This document shows positions 30,913 to 40,183 of a stretch of 64,000 nt of DNA, one piece after another; positions within the stretch are counted from its first letter, which is position 1; every line of letters starts with the position of its first letter. The stretch is from an uncultured Actinomycetes bacterium. Its GTDB lineage: Bacteria; Actinomycetota; Acidimicrobiia; IMCC26256; DASPTH01. The stretch spans positions 78,905 through 142,904 of the forward strand of contig CAVRBG010000006.1 of the NCBI GenBank assembly GCA_963719245.1. Reading direction: 5' to 3'. The notes beneath the pieces are model-generated. The model made no database searches. It worked only from the letters and a program-made list of their open reading frames with translations, and had not been told where the DNA came from. The position numbers and the translations under genes were made by a program.

Positions 30913-31423
30913 CTATGGCCGTGTCGCCGCAACCCGTTCGACGACCGCCGGACGGGGCTCGTCGACCTCGAGGTTCTCGTAGGCCACCACGTGGAGGCCG
31001 TGGGCGCGGCTCAGGTCGAGGAGCTCGCCCGGTTGCAGCAGGAAGTCGGGGTTGCTCGGGTGGCCGAGGCGCTCGTTGCCGGCAGCGAAGGTCTCGTAGA
31101 GCAACCAACCACCCGGCGCGACGGCCCGCGCGATGTCGTCGAGGATCGGTCGCCACAGGTAGTTGGTCACGACCACCGCGTCGAACGCGCGGCCGGCGAC
31201 GGGGAACGGTGCCCCCGTCTCGAGGTCGTGCTCGATCAGCTCGACCAGTGGAGTCGCGGCGCAGGTCGTCGACCCCACCGAGGTCGCGGTCGATCGCCAC
31301 CACCTGGCAGCCCCGGTCGCGGAACCAGCGCGGATGGCGACCACGGCCACACGCGACGTCGAGCACGGTGCCGCCGGCCGGGATCGACTCGCCGAACCGG
31401 GCGATCCACGCCGAGGGGCTCAC
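30913..31423 (-). CDS. Class I SAM-dependent methyltransferase (small); one frame change
   Basis: The GTG at 31421-31423 overlaps the AftD-like-2 stop (GTGA). VSPSAWIARFGESIPAGGTVLDVACGRGRHPRWFRDRGCQVVAIDRDLGGVDDL (frame of ORF 30848..31699) joins near 31260 to AATPLVELIEHDLE..FDAVVVTNYLWRP..VAPGGWLLYETF.. (ORF 30913..31350). Confidence 0.7.
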
Positions 31424-34400
31424 GACAGGCTCGGCGGAGTCGGTTCGGTACCGCCGCGCACCCGCTCGACCACGAGGTCGGCGAGCAGGAGGATCACAGC
31501 CAGCCACACGACGTTGTTGATGCCGTAGAACTGGCCGGGCCAGTCGAGGTCGGCCGGGTAGTCGTGGCGGTACTGCTGCACCACGACGTAGAGCGCACAG
31601 GCGGCGAGCGCCACCGGCGCGCCGAGGGTGATGAGGAAGCGCAGCCGTGGGAGGCAGGCCACCAGCGCGACCAGCGCGCCCGCGACGAGACCGACCCACC
31701 AGCTCGCAAGGACGGCGCCGATCACCCCGACCCCGAGCGCGGCGAGCACCACGACCGCAATCCGCGGGCGCGCTCCCGGCGCGACCAGGGGGCTCTCGAT
31801 CTCGGCCGCCTGGTCGTCGAGGGGCACGACGTCGTCGCTGCGGTCACTCCCGCGCTTCCGCCGGAACGAGAGGAACAGGCACAGCAGCAGTGCCACCACC
31901 GAGATCCCGAGCGCGATCCACACCGTCCGTTGCGGCGTCCACCGCAGCGTCACCGAGAAGCTGCCCGACGGCGGCTCGACCAGCCAACCGTTGGCGTAGC
32001 CGTCGACCAGGGTCGACCCGCCCACGTCCTTCCCGTCGACGGTGGCTTCCCAGCCCGCATTGTCACTCTGCCCCAGCACCAGCCAGAAGGGCGTGCCCCG
32101 CTGCGCTCCGCGCACTGACAGCTCGAGCTTCGAGCTCCCCTTGCTCGTGACGCGGACCCGCGGCGTGGCGGCATCTGGCGCGGGCGGCTGCGTCACCGAC
32201 GGCGGCAACTTCCCCCGCTCGCCGAGCCTCATCGGCGCGCCACCGGCGTTCGAGCCGAGCACGAGACCGTCGACGTCGACGCCGGTCTCGGTCCCCGCCT
32301 GTGCGCGCAGCACGTGGTTCCCACGGTCGATGCCCGCGATGTCGTCGCCCGCCACCGAGCACAGCTGCGCGTCCAGCGCACCACCCGCAGCGGCGGTCGC
32401 CGTCGAACCGCTGAGCGAGAGACCGACGTCCTGGCCGTCGACGCTGAGGATGCCGATCCGGCACACGGAGGGCAGCGCCGCCGGCATCGGCGCCCGTTGC
32501 ACGCCGGGCAGGCCCACCTCGGCCAGTGCGACCGGCATCGCAGTCGACACCCGCTCGTGGTAGTCGATGGTGTCGATCGGACGCGTCCCGGTGACGGTGA
32601 TCCGCACCTCGGACCCGGTGAGCGGGGCGAACTGCACCGGCGCCGCGACCGGACCGCTGCCGACCGCAGTGTCGGTGATCGCGGGAAGGTCGACCGTGCG
32701 CGACTCCCCGCCGGCGTCGATCCGCACCTGCGTCGGCACCGAGTGCTTCCCGTCGGCCACCACCTGCAGGTCGAGGTGGTCGAAGGTGACGGGCGCGGGC
32801 GTCACGACGTCGACCCACTGCCCCACCGGCGCGCCGAACGCGGTGGTCCACGCGGTCGACGGGTCACCGTCGAACGCCGACGACCCCGCGCCTGGATGTC
32901 GGCCGGGAGGTGCTGTGACGACGTGACCGTGATGCCACCTGACACCACACCGGGGATGCCGAGCACACGGTCGATCACGTCGTCGGGCGCGGCGGCCGCG
33001 AGCCGGGCGGTGCCGCGGATCGCGAACAACCGGTCGTCGGGCACCCGGAACCGTCGCACCAGCGCGAGCTCGTCCTCGGAGAAGTGCGGCGGGACCTCGA
33101 CCGTGCGCAGCCGCGTCATCTGGTAGACGAGCGGACGGTCGGCGGCCTGCGCGCCGGCGGCGTCGACCAGGTCGGTCGGCATGCGCACGATCTCGTCGGC
33201 GTGCACGTTCTCCGCTCCCGGGGCATCGTCCTTCAGCCGGATCTCGGCGAACCCGACGCTGTTCGAGTACGGCTGCGACGACTCGTCGCCCACGTTGGTG
33301 TCGGTGATCGTGATGTCGACCTGGTGGAACTTCCGGGACGGAAAGGTGACGGTCTGGCCGTCGGCCGTACGCGACGCGTCGGTGAGATCGACGGAGATCG
33401 GCGCCCCCCCGTCGAACGAGAGCTCCACCTGGGTGAGATAGCGCTGCGTCGGGCCGACGAGCGGCTGGACGAGGTTCACCTGGCCGGTCGTGATCGGCTG
33501 GTCGAGGTCGAGCCGGAGCTTCTCACCGATGACCTTGGCGTGTGCCCCCACCTCCCACTGCGTGCTCGTGTCGCCGTCGAAGGCGCGCGACCCCCGGTAC
33601 TCCGGTTCGTAGAACCCGGGATCGCCGTACCTGCTCGTGCTCACCGCGACGCCCGGCGTCTCCACGACGGTCTGCGTGTCGGTCCCCGCGTCCGGGAACA
33701 CGTCGAGGCGGTTGTCGTTGTCGTCCGTGGTCAGCGCGGTCTGGTCGACGCGCTCGGTCTCCCCCGCGGTGTCACGCACGGCCGTCCACCGCCGCGCCCG
33801 CTTGCGGTTCGAGTCGGTGACGATCAGCACCGAGTTCGGCTGCGCGATCTCCGACTGCAGCTTCGCCGGGTCGTCGGCGAACGTCGCCGCGTAGAGCACC
33901 ACCCCGCTGCCATCGAGTGCGCCGATGGTCGCGAGGTCGACCAGACCTTCACCGTCGCCCGACACGACCAGGGGCGCCGACGCGTCGGCGCTGCGCACGA
34001 TCGGCGGCGCATTGTCGACCGTGAAGATGCTGACCGGCGGTGGCTCGGCGGCGTCGGCGGGCAGACCGAGTTCGAGCTCGTCGTCCTGCGCGACGCGCAG
34101 CGGCTCCACCTGGTGGTCGCCGAACTTCTCGGGTCCGGTGAGACCGGACGGGACCGGATCGGTCAGCAGCCGCCACAGGGGCGCCGCCCGCGCCAGGTCG
34201 TAGCGGTCGGTCTGCAGGTCGGCGCGGTACAGGATCGCACCCGCACTGATCAGCCGGGCGAGCGGTGCCAGCGCGGCGGCGTCGAGCGTTCCCTCCTGCA
34301 TGCGGTGGTCGAGCGCGTTGAGCAGGTCGGCCGACGCCGCCGAGCCCCACGGCACCAGCTCCCGGGCCACGTAGGGCCGGTCGGTGAGACCGGGCGTGAT

Positions 34401-35871
34401 CGGGTCCACGGTCTGACCCCACCGGTACGCGGCGAAGTCGGAGCCGGGGATCTCGAGCACCCGCGTGTCGTGCGAACCGGCATCGAGCGCGGCGATGGCG
34501 TCGGTCCAGTACTGCGGGATCGTCTCGTCGCGGGTGAGGTCGTCGGTGTAGAAATTGCCGGTCCAGAGCGCGGGCAGGTTCACCACCGCCAGCACGATCA
34601 GCAGGCCGGCGAGCACGAGCGTCCGCAGCGACACGCCGCGCACCTGGCGCCCCCTCCCCGCCCAGGCGACCCCCAGCGCGTTCACCCCGACCCCGAGCAG
34701 CACCGCCAGGCCCAGCGCCACCAGCGGCACCGCCCGGCTCGTGCTGCGCAACGCGAGTCCGAAGCTCGACGACTCCGCGAACGACTTGAACAGGCCCCCC
34801 AGGAGCGACGGATCGTCGTACGGGTTGGCGCCGACCGCGACGACGACCCCGACCACCGTCAGCACCACGAAGTACCGCGCGGTGACGCCACTTCACGCAC
34901 ATCGCCGCGAGCAGCGCCAGCACCGGGATGGCGAAGCTGACCACCAGCAACCCGAGGTTCTGCGTGTAGGGCACGCTGCCCTCGGTCCAGTGGCCGACGC
35001 GGTCGATGCCGTAGAAGAACCAGTACCCGAGCCCGCGCAGCACCTCGCTCGGCATCGACGAGATCGACACGACTTGCAGCGTCTCGGTGAACTTCAGGAT
35101 GTTGAGCCCGTAGCCGCCCTGCGCCCACAGGCCCGCGATCCACCACAACGACGTGACCACCGTGAGCAGTCCGATCCGCGCGGTCACGCCGAGCGCGCGT
35201 CGCCAGCTCACCTCGCCGGCCAGCACCGCGTAGACGATCCACAGCACCGGCGCGATGCCCGCGAACACGAGCGCGGTCGCGTTCACACCCCCGACGATCT
35301 GCACGACGATGGCGAAGATCGCCGCGTACTTCCACGTGCCGCGCTTGTCGCCCGCCCGTAACGCCCGGATCGTGAGTGCCAACATCCACGGCAGGCCGGC
35401 CCACGGCAGCAGGATGACGGAGATGCGCGACGAGAAGTCGAGTGTGTACGGCGTGAGCATGAACACGACCGTCGCCACCGCGATACCGGGACCGCGCACG
35501 TGCAGCGTGCGTAACAGGAACAGCACTCCGAGCGCGGCCCCGAACAGGATCGAGCCGAGCCAGAGCCGCTGCGACACCCACGCGGGTAGGCCGAGCAGGT
35601 GCAGGGCCCAGTAGTACGGCCCCATGGGGAAGAGGTACCCGATGTTCTGGTGGGTGACCGTGCCCATCCCGATGTTCGGGTCCCACATCGACACCGCGCG
35701 CTCGAGCAGGCGACCCGGGTCGAGGTAGAGGTAGCTCTTGGTGTCGGCGACGACCCGCCCCGGCTTCGTGAGCAGCACCGGCACGTAGGCCAGGAGCGCC
35801 AGCACCCCGTAGCCGAGGATCCGCAACCGGCGCTCGCGCACGTGGGTGGCGACCGGTTCGGTCGTCGTCAT
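31420..35871 (-). pseudogene. AftD-like (DUF3367 family) giant GT-C glycosyltransferase, paralog 2; 2 frame changes
   Basis: Three ORFs make up the gene. ORF 33949..35871 is the N-terminus (PGRVVADTKSYLYLDPGRLL, GYLFPMGPYYW). ORF 32802..34868 is the middle (ANPYDDPSLLGGLFKSF.., SRAFDGDTSTQW). ORF 31420..32826 is the C-terminus (GQWVDVV.., FWLVLGQSDNAGWEATVDG, LRWTPQRTVW plus TM helices). The joins are near 34878 and 32888 (a C4 run). It is colinear with paralog 1, at an identity I estimate by eye as roughly 55-60% in the aligned stretches. Confidence 0.8.
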
Positions 35872-35883
35872 GATCCGGCGATG

Positions 35884-37167
35884 CTAGGCCGAGGCCTCGA
35901 CCGCGACCGGGCGCGTGTCGGGTTCGGCCGGTCGACGGAACCAGTGGTCGACCGCGACCGCTGCGAGCACGACCAGGCTCACCTCGGCCGGCGTGCGGAA
36001 GCGCGTGATCCCGTAGATCGCGGCCGCGGTGACGGTCACGATCACGAACTGCGCCACCAACGGCGTGATCTCCACGCGACGGCGCCGCAGCTGCACGCCA
36101 CCGACGACCGCGCACGGCACCAGGATCCAGAACGCGAAGAACCCCGCCCACGACACCTCGACGTCGCGGCCCTCGTTCACGTTGTAGTTGGCCATCAACC
36201 CCGGTGCGTACAGGCTCCACACGCGCGCCACCCGCACGCCGACGACCACCGGGAGACGGCCGAGGTGGTCGCGGATGAAACGCAGTCCGTCCTCCCGCAG
36301 TGCGTTCGACACCACCGACCGATCGCCCTTCGGTACCGGGAAGCCCGCGCAGTCGAGCGCCCAGAGCCCGGTGCCCTCGCCGTAGTAGGTGCGGTGGAGG
36401 TTGGCGCCGCAGATGGTGAGGCCGTCGTTGGTGGAGAACAGGACCGGCTCGTCGAACCGCGTGAGGTTCGCGACCAGCCACGGACTCACGACCGCGAACG
36501 CGGCCACGCACGCCAACAGGAAGAGGCCGACCTGACGCTTGAACGGGAACTGCTTCAGGAACAGCGTGACCGGCAACACCATCAGCGGGAGGAGCAGGCC
36601 GAGCTCCGCCCGGGCGAGCATGGCGAGCCCGCACGCGGCGCCGACCCACACGGCCGTGCTCCAGCGCGGGCGCGGATGAACCGGTACGCGAGCAGGATCG
36701 CGAGCGCCACCGCGAGCGTGGCCAGCGTCTCCGACATCACCAGCCCGTCGTTGATCCAGAGGTTCGGGTACAGCGCGGCAATCCCCGCAGCGATGAGACC
36801 GGCCCGGTTCCCGGCCACCGCGCGCCCGATCAACCCGATCAGCAGCACCACGCCGGCGCCGAACACGGTCATGGTGAGGCGTTGCGCGAGGAGGTGGCTG
36901 CCGCCCTCGTCGAACCGCTCCATGACCCACGACGTCGGGGTGAGCACCGAGCGCGGTGAGCGGCGGATGCTCGGCCTGCTGCGAGCCGTCACGGAAGTCG
37001 GTGAAGCCGTGGCCGCGGGCGATCGTGTTGGCCTGCGCGTTGTAGTAGATCTGGTCACCGAGCACCGGTTCGGTGCGCTTGGCCACCATCACGTAGCCGA
37101 CGCGCAAGGCCAACGCGCCCAGGACGATGACGAGGAGCACGCGCCAGAACGTGCGGTTGTCGGTCAT
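35884..37167 (-). pseudogene. GT-C fold glycosyltransferase, PMT_2/ArnT-like (paralog 4); 2 frame-restoring frame changes
   Basis: ORF 35884..37167(-) carries both the N-terminus (LGDQIYYNAQANTIARGHGF, EHPPLTAL) and the C-terminus (MLARAELGLLL, VANLTRFDEPVLFST, IYGITRFRTPAEV). The middle ~300 nt reads correctly only in ORF 36582..37058(-) (LIGLIGRAVAGNRAGLIAAGIAALYPNLWINDGLVMSETLATL). Confidence 0.75.
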
Positions 37168-37170
37168 CCG

Positions 37171-38199
37171 CTAGATCAGTCCGCGTCCAACTGCGTCGAC
37201 GACCCAGGGCACGACCTCGTCGAGCATCTCGTCGAGGCTGGTGGTGGCCTCGAAGCCGAGCACCGTCCGCGCCTTCTCGGTGGCGGGCACGCGCTTCTGC
37301 ACGTCGTGCTCGAACGGGTCGTCCGAGACGGTGCGGAAGGGCACATCGCCGCGGAGGCGCCGCCAGAGGTTCTCGGCCAGCTCCAGCACCGTCGTCGACT
37401 CCGCGGTGGAGAGGTTGAAGTCGTCGTTCAACGCGGCCGGATGCTCCATCGCGGTCACGATGCCCCGGGCGAGGTCGCCGGCGTAGGTGTAGTGCCGCAC
37501 CTGGCCGCCGTCGCCGAGGATGTGGAGCGGGTCCTGGCCCTTCACGATCTTCTGCACCAGGTCGGGGACCACGTGGCTCATCGCGAGCTTGACGTTCCCG
37601 CTGGCGACCTCGACGTCGCTGAGGGCGCGCATCTCACCGGTGCCCACGCAGTTGAACGGCCGCACGATCGTGTAGGGCAGACCGTGTTGCTGCAACGCAG
37701 CGCGCGCGTAGTACTCGACCGCGAGCTTCTGGAACCCGTACGAGGAGAGCGGCGGCGGGATCTCGAGCTCCTGGCCCTCGTACGACGGCCACGACGGCGT
37801 GCTCTCGTAGACCATCGACGAGCTGAGGTACGTGACCTTCTGGAGCGTCGCTTCCGAGTGCGCGGCGATGGCGGCGTCACAGGACGCGGCCATGATCCGT
37901 TCGTTGGTCGCCAGCAGGTCGTAGGCGAAGGTGTGGAAGTAGGAGATCCCACCGATCATCGCCGCGCCCGCGATCATGTGGTCGCAGTCGCCGAGGAGCT
38001 CGCCGAGCAACGCCGCGTCGCGCGCGTCGCCCTCCATCAACGTGTAGCCCGGGTCGTCGTCGTACGACTTGCGCACCGGGCCGTACTTCGAGTGGTTGTC
38101 GACGCCGACCACCTCGTAGTCGCGCCGCAGCAGCTCCTCCACGACGTAGCCGCCGATGAACCCGGCCGATCCGGTGACGAGCACCCGGCCCGTGCTCAC
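37171..38199 (-). CDS. NAD-dependent epimerase/dehydratase family protein (extended SDR acting on nucleotide sugars)
   Basis: This is the tail of ORF 37171..39507(-), starting at GTG 38199 (GTGA overlap with the GT2 stop): VSTGRVLVTGSAGFIGGYVVEELLRRDYEVVGVDN.., and YGFQKLAVE (YxxxK). It is 342 aa and intact. Confidence 0.85.
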   Translation of the reverse strand: MSTGRVLVTGSAGFIGGYVVEELLRRDYEVVGVDNHSKYGPVRKSYDDDPGYTLMEGDARDAALLGELLGDCDHMIAGAAMIGGISYFHTFAYDLLATNERIMAASCDAAIAAHSEATLQKVTYLSSSMVYESTPSWPSYEGQELEIPPPLSSYGFQKLAVEYYARAALQQHGLPYTIVRPFNCVGTGEMRALSDVEVASGNVKLAMSHVVPDLVQKIVKGQDPLHILGDGGQVRHYTYAGDLARGIVTAMEHPAALNDDFNLSTAESTTVLELAENLWRRLRGDVPFRTVSDDPFEHDVQKRVPATEKARTVLGFEATTSLDEMLDEVVPWVVDAVGRGLI

Positions 38200-38943
38200 G
38201 CCTTCCCGCTCTCGACGCGGGCCCGGAGCTGGTCGAGCGTGAGCTTGGGCCCGAAGGCGAAGCGGTACCAGCCGAGGTAGCGCGGCAGCCACGACACGAC
38301 CTTGAAATTCGACGTGCCCTGCGCGCGCTCGAGCCAGATGGTCGGGATCTCGGCGGTGCGCAGCCGCAGTCGACGGGCCTTGGCCACGAGCTCGATGCCG
38401 ATCTCGAAGCCGGTGTCGGAGTCGATGCCGACGTCGCGGACGAAGTCGGTGGAGTAGGCCTTGAACGAGTTGGTCGCGTCGCGGGTGCCGACGCGGCGCG
38501 AGCCAGTAGAGCGACAGCCCCGCCAGACGCGACAGCGCGCTCTTCAGCGCCGGGCCGCCGATCTGCTGGCCACCGCTCATGTAGCGCGACGCGGCCGCGA
38601 TCACGACGCCGCGGTCGACGAGCTTGCACAGCTGGTCGATCTGCTCGGGGTCGTCGCTGCCGTCGGCCATGGTGACGACGGCCACCGGGGCGCGCGACTG
38701 CTCGATCCCCCACCGGATGGCGCGGGCCGGCCCCTTCCCGTGGCCGTTGAGCACCGGCAGCACCCGAGGGTCCTTCTCCGCGTACTGCTCGAGGAAGGGC
38801 AGGGTCGAGTCGCCGGGATCGTCGTAGACCGCGAGCAGCTCACACGGTTGCTCGACGCCGGCGAGGATGCGGTCGAGGCAGGGCACGATCTCTCCGCCCT
38901 CCTCGTACACCGGGATCACGATCGAGAGCGCGGGCGCGGTCAC
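38196..38943 (-). CDS. GT2-family polyprenyl-phosphate glycosyltransferase (DPM1/Ppm1/ArnC/GtrB-like); one frame change
   Basis: The GTG at 38943 overlaps the dehydrogenase stop (GTGA). VTAPALSIVIPVYEEGGEIVPCLDRIL..LAVYDDPGDSTLPFL..MADGSDDPEQI..AASRYMSGGQQIGGP..LSLYWLA joins near 38497 to RVGTRDATNSFKAYSTDFVRDVGIDSDTGFEIGIELVAKARRLRLRTAEIPTIWLERAQGTSNFK.. (ORF 38196..38387). Confidence 0.8.
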
Positions 38944-40130
38944 ACGCGCACCCCGTCGTCGCGCAGGTTCCAGATGTCGACGACCGGCACGTCGAGCGCG
39001 AGGTCGGCGTACACCCGGTGCGGCGCGCCGATCACCACCAGATCGGCCCGGGCCACGACCTCGTCGAGCGGCGTGAGGTCGGGGTCGACGGTGACGTAAG
39101 GGTCGGTGCAGAGCACCTCGCTCCCCTTGAACTTGAGGATGCGCTTGAGCTTGTAGCTCAGGCTGGAGCGGATGTCGTCGGATTCGCCCTTGAACGACAT
39201 CCCGAGGATGCCCACCGTCGACGCGGGGAGGTCGAAGCGGCGCTCCATGCTGGCGACGACATAGAGCGGCAAGCCCTCGTTGATGGTGACGCTCGCCTGG
39301 CCCAGGTTGAAGTTGTTGTTGTTGAACGCGGCGAGCTGCATCGTGTCCTTGAAGAGGCACGGACCGGCGGCGAATCCGGCCCCGGGGAGGTCGGCGGCAC
39401 GCGGGTAGTTGTGGCGCACCGCCTGGCGCACGCGCTCGTAGTCGATGCCGAAGTCGTTCGCCATCATGAACAGCTGATTGGCCGCGGCGAACTTGATGTA
39501 GCGCCACGCGTTGGTGAACAGCTTGGCCAGCTCCGCTTCCTCGGGCGAGAGGTACACCACCTCTTCGGTGAGGTTGCGGAAGAGCTTGGTGGCGCGCTCC
39601 TGGGAGCGATCGGTGCGCCCGGCCACGATCTGGGGCAGCTCGGCCAGCTCCTGGAGCGCCTTCCCCTCGGCGATGCGCTCGGGGCAGAAGGCCACGTCGA
39701 CGTCGAGGCCGAGCCGCGCGACCAGTCGCTCGACGACGGCGGTCACGCCCGGGTACACCGTGCTGCGCAGCACGAGCAGCTGCCCGTCGGACAGGGAATC
39801 GGCGATCTCCTCGATCGCGGTGTGCACCGCTCCGAGGTCCGGGTTGAGGTGCTCGTCGATCGGGGTGCCGATCACCACCACGACGTTCTCGGCGCGCCGG
39901 ACCGCCTCCCGGTCGAGCGTGGCCTCCAGCCGGCCGGCGGCGAGCGCGGCGCGCAACGCCTCGGGGGTGCCGGGCTCGACGAACGGCATCTCGCCCGCGT
40001 TCACCGCGTCAACGGCGTCAGGCCGCACGTCGTAGAGCGCGACCTGAAGGCCGCGGGTGGCGAACGCGAGCCCGAGCGGCAGGCCGACGCGGCCACATCC
40101 GCCCACGATCGTGACGTCGTACGACTGCAT
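38940..40130 (-). CDS. Nucleotide-sugar 6-dehydrogenase (UDP-glucose/GDP-mannose dehydrogenase family)
   Basis: This is the tail of ORF 38940..41396(-), from MQSYDVTIVGGCGRVGLPLGLAFATRG. It also has CPERIAEGKAL, a catalytic-Cys region (FAAGPCLFKD) and a C-terminal GMSFKGESDDIRSS. It is 396 aa and intact. Confidence 0.85.
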   Translation of the reverse strand: MQSYDVTIVGGCGRVGLPLGLAFATRGLQVALYDVRPDAVDAVNAGEMPFVEPGTPEALRAALAAGRLEATLDREAVRRAENVVVVIGTPIDEHLNPDLGAVHTAIEEIADSLSDGQLLVLRSTVYPGVTAVVERLVARLGLDVDVAFCPERIAEGKALQELAELPQIVAGRTDRSQERATKLFRNLTEEVVYLSPEEAELAKLFTNAWRYIKFAAANQLFMMANDFGIDYERVRQAVRHNYPRAADLPGAGFAAGPCLFKDTMQLAAFNNNNFNLGQASVTINEGLPLYVVASMERRFDLPASTVGILGMSFKGESDDIRSSLSYKLKRILKFKGSEVLCTDPYVTVDPDLTPLDEVVARADLVVIGAPHRVYADLALDVPVVDIWNLRDDGVRV

Positions 40131-40158
40131 CACCGGTTCACGCGCCTGGTCTCGGGAA

Positions 40159-40182
40159 CCGCCCGATGGTAGCCACGGGCGG
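40159..40182 (-). other. GC-rich intercistronic stem-loop directly after the DUF2142 stop codon
   Basis: CCGCCCG (40159-40165) pairs with CGGGCGG (40176-40182) around a 10-nt loop. No U-tract follows on the minus-strand transcript. Confidence 0.3.
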
Positions 40183-40183
40183 C

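Noticed and set aside
20034-35871. Possibility that the two AftD-like genes form a DNA-level inverted repeat able to invert the intervening 7 kb.
   Set aside because: The proteins are only moderately similar, with many substitutions in every aligned stretch I compared. Long identical DNA segments suitable for recombination are therefore not apparent.
37171-39507. Single 778-aa ORF that could be read as one fusion protein.
   Set aside because: It concatenates the epimerase (from GTG 38199), the N-half of the GT2 (from GTG 38943) and an out-of-frame shadow of the dehydrogenase. GTGA stop/start overlaps in the neighbouring frames define three separate genes.
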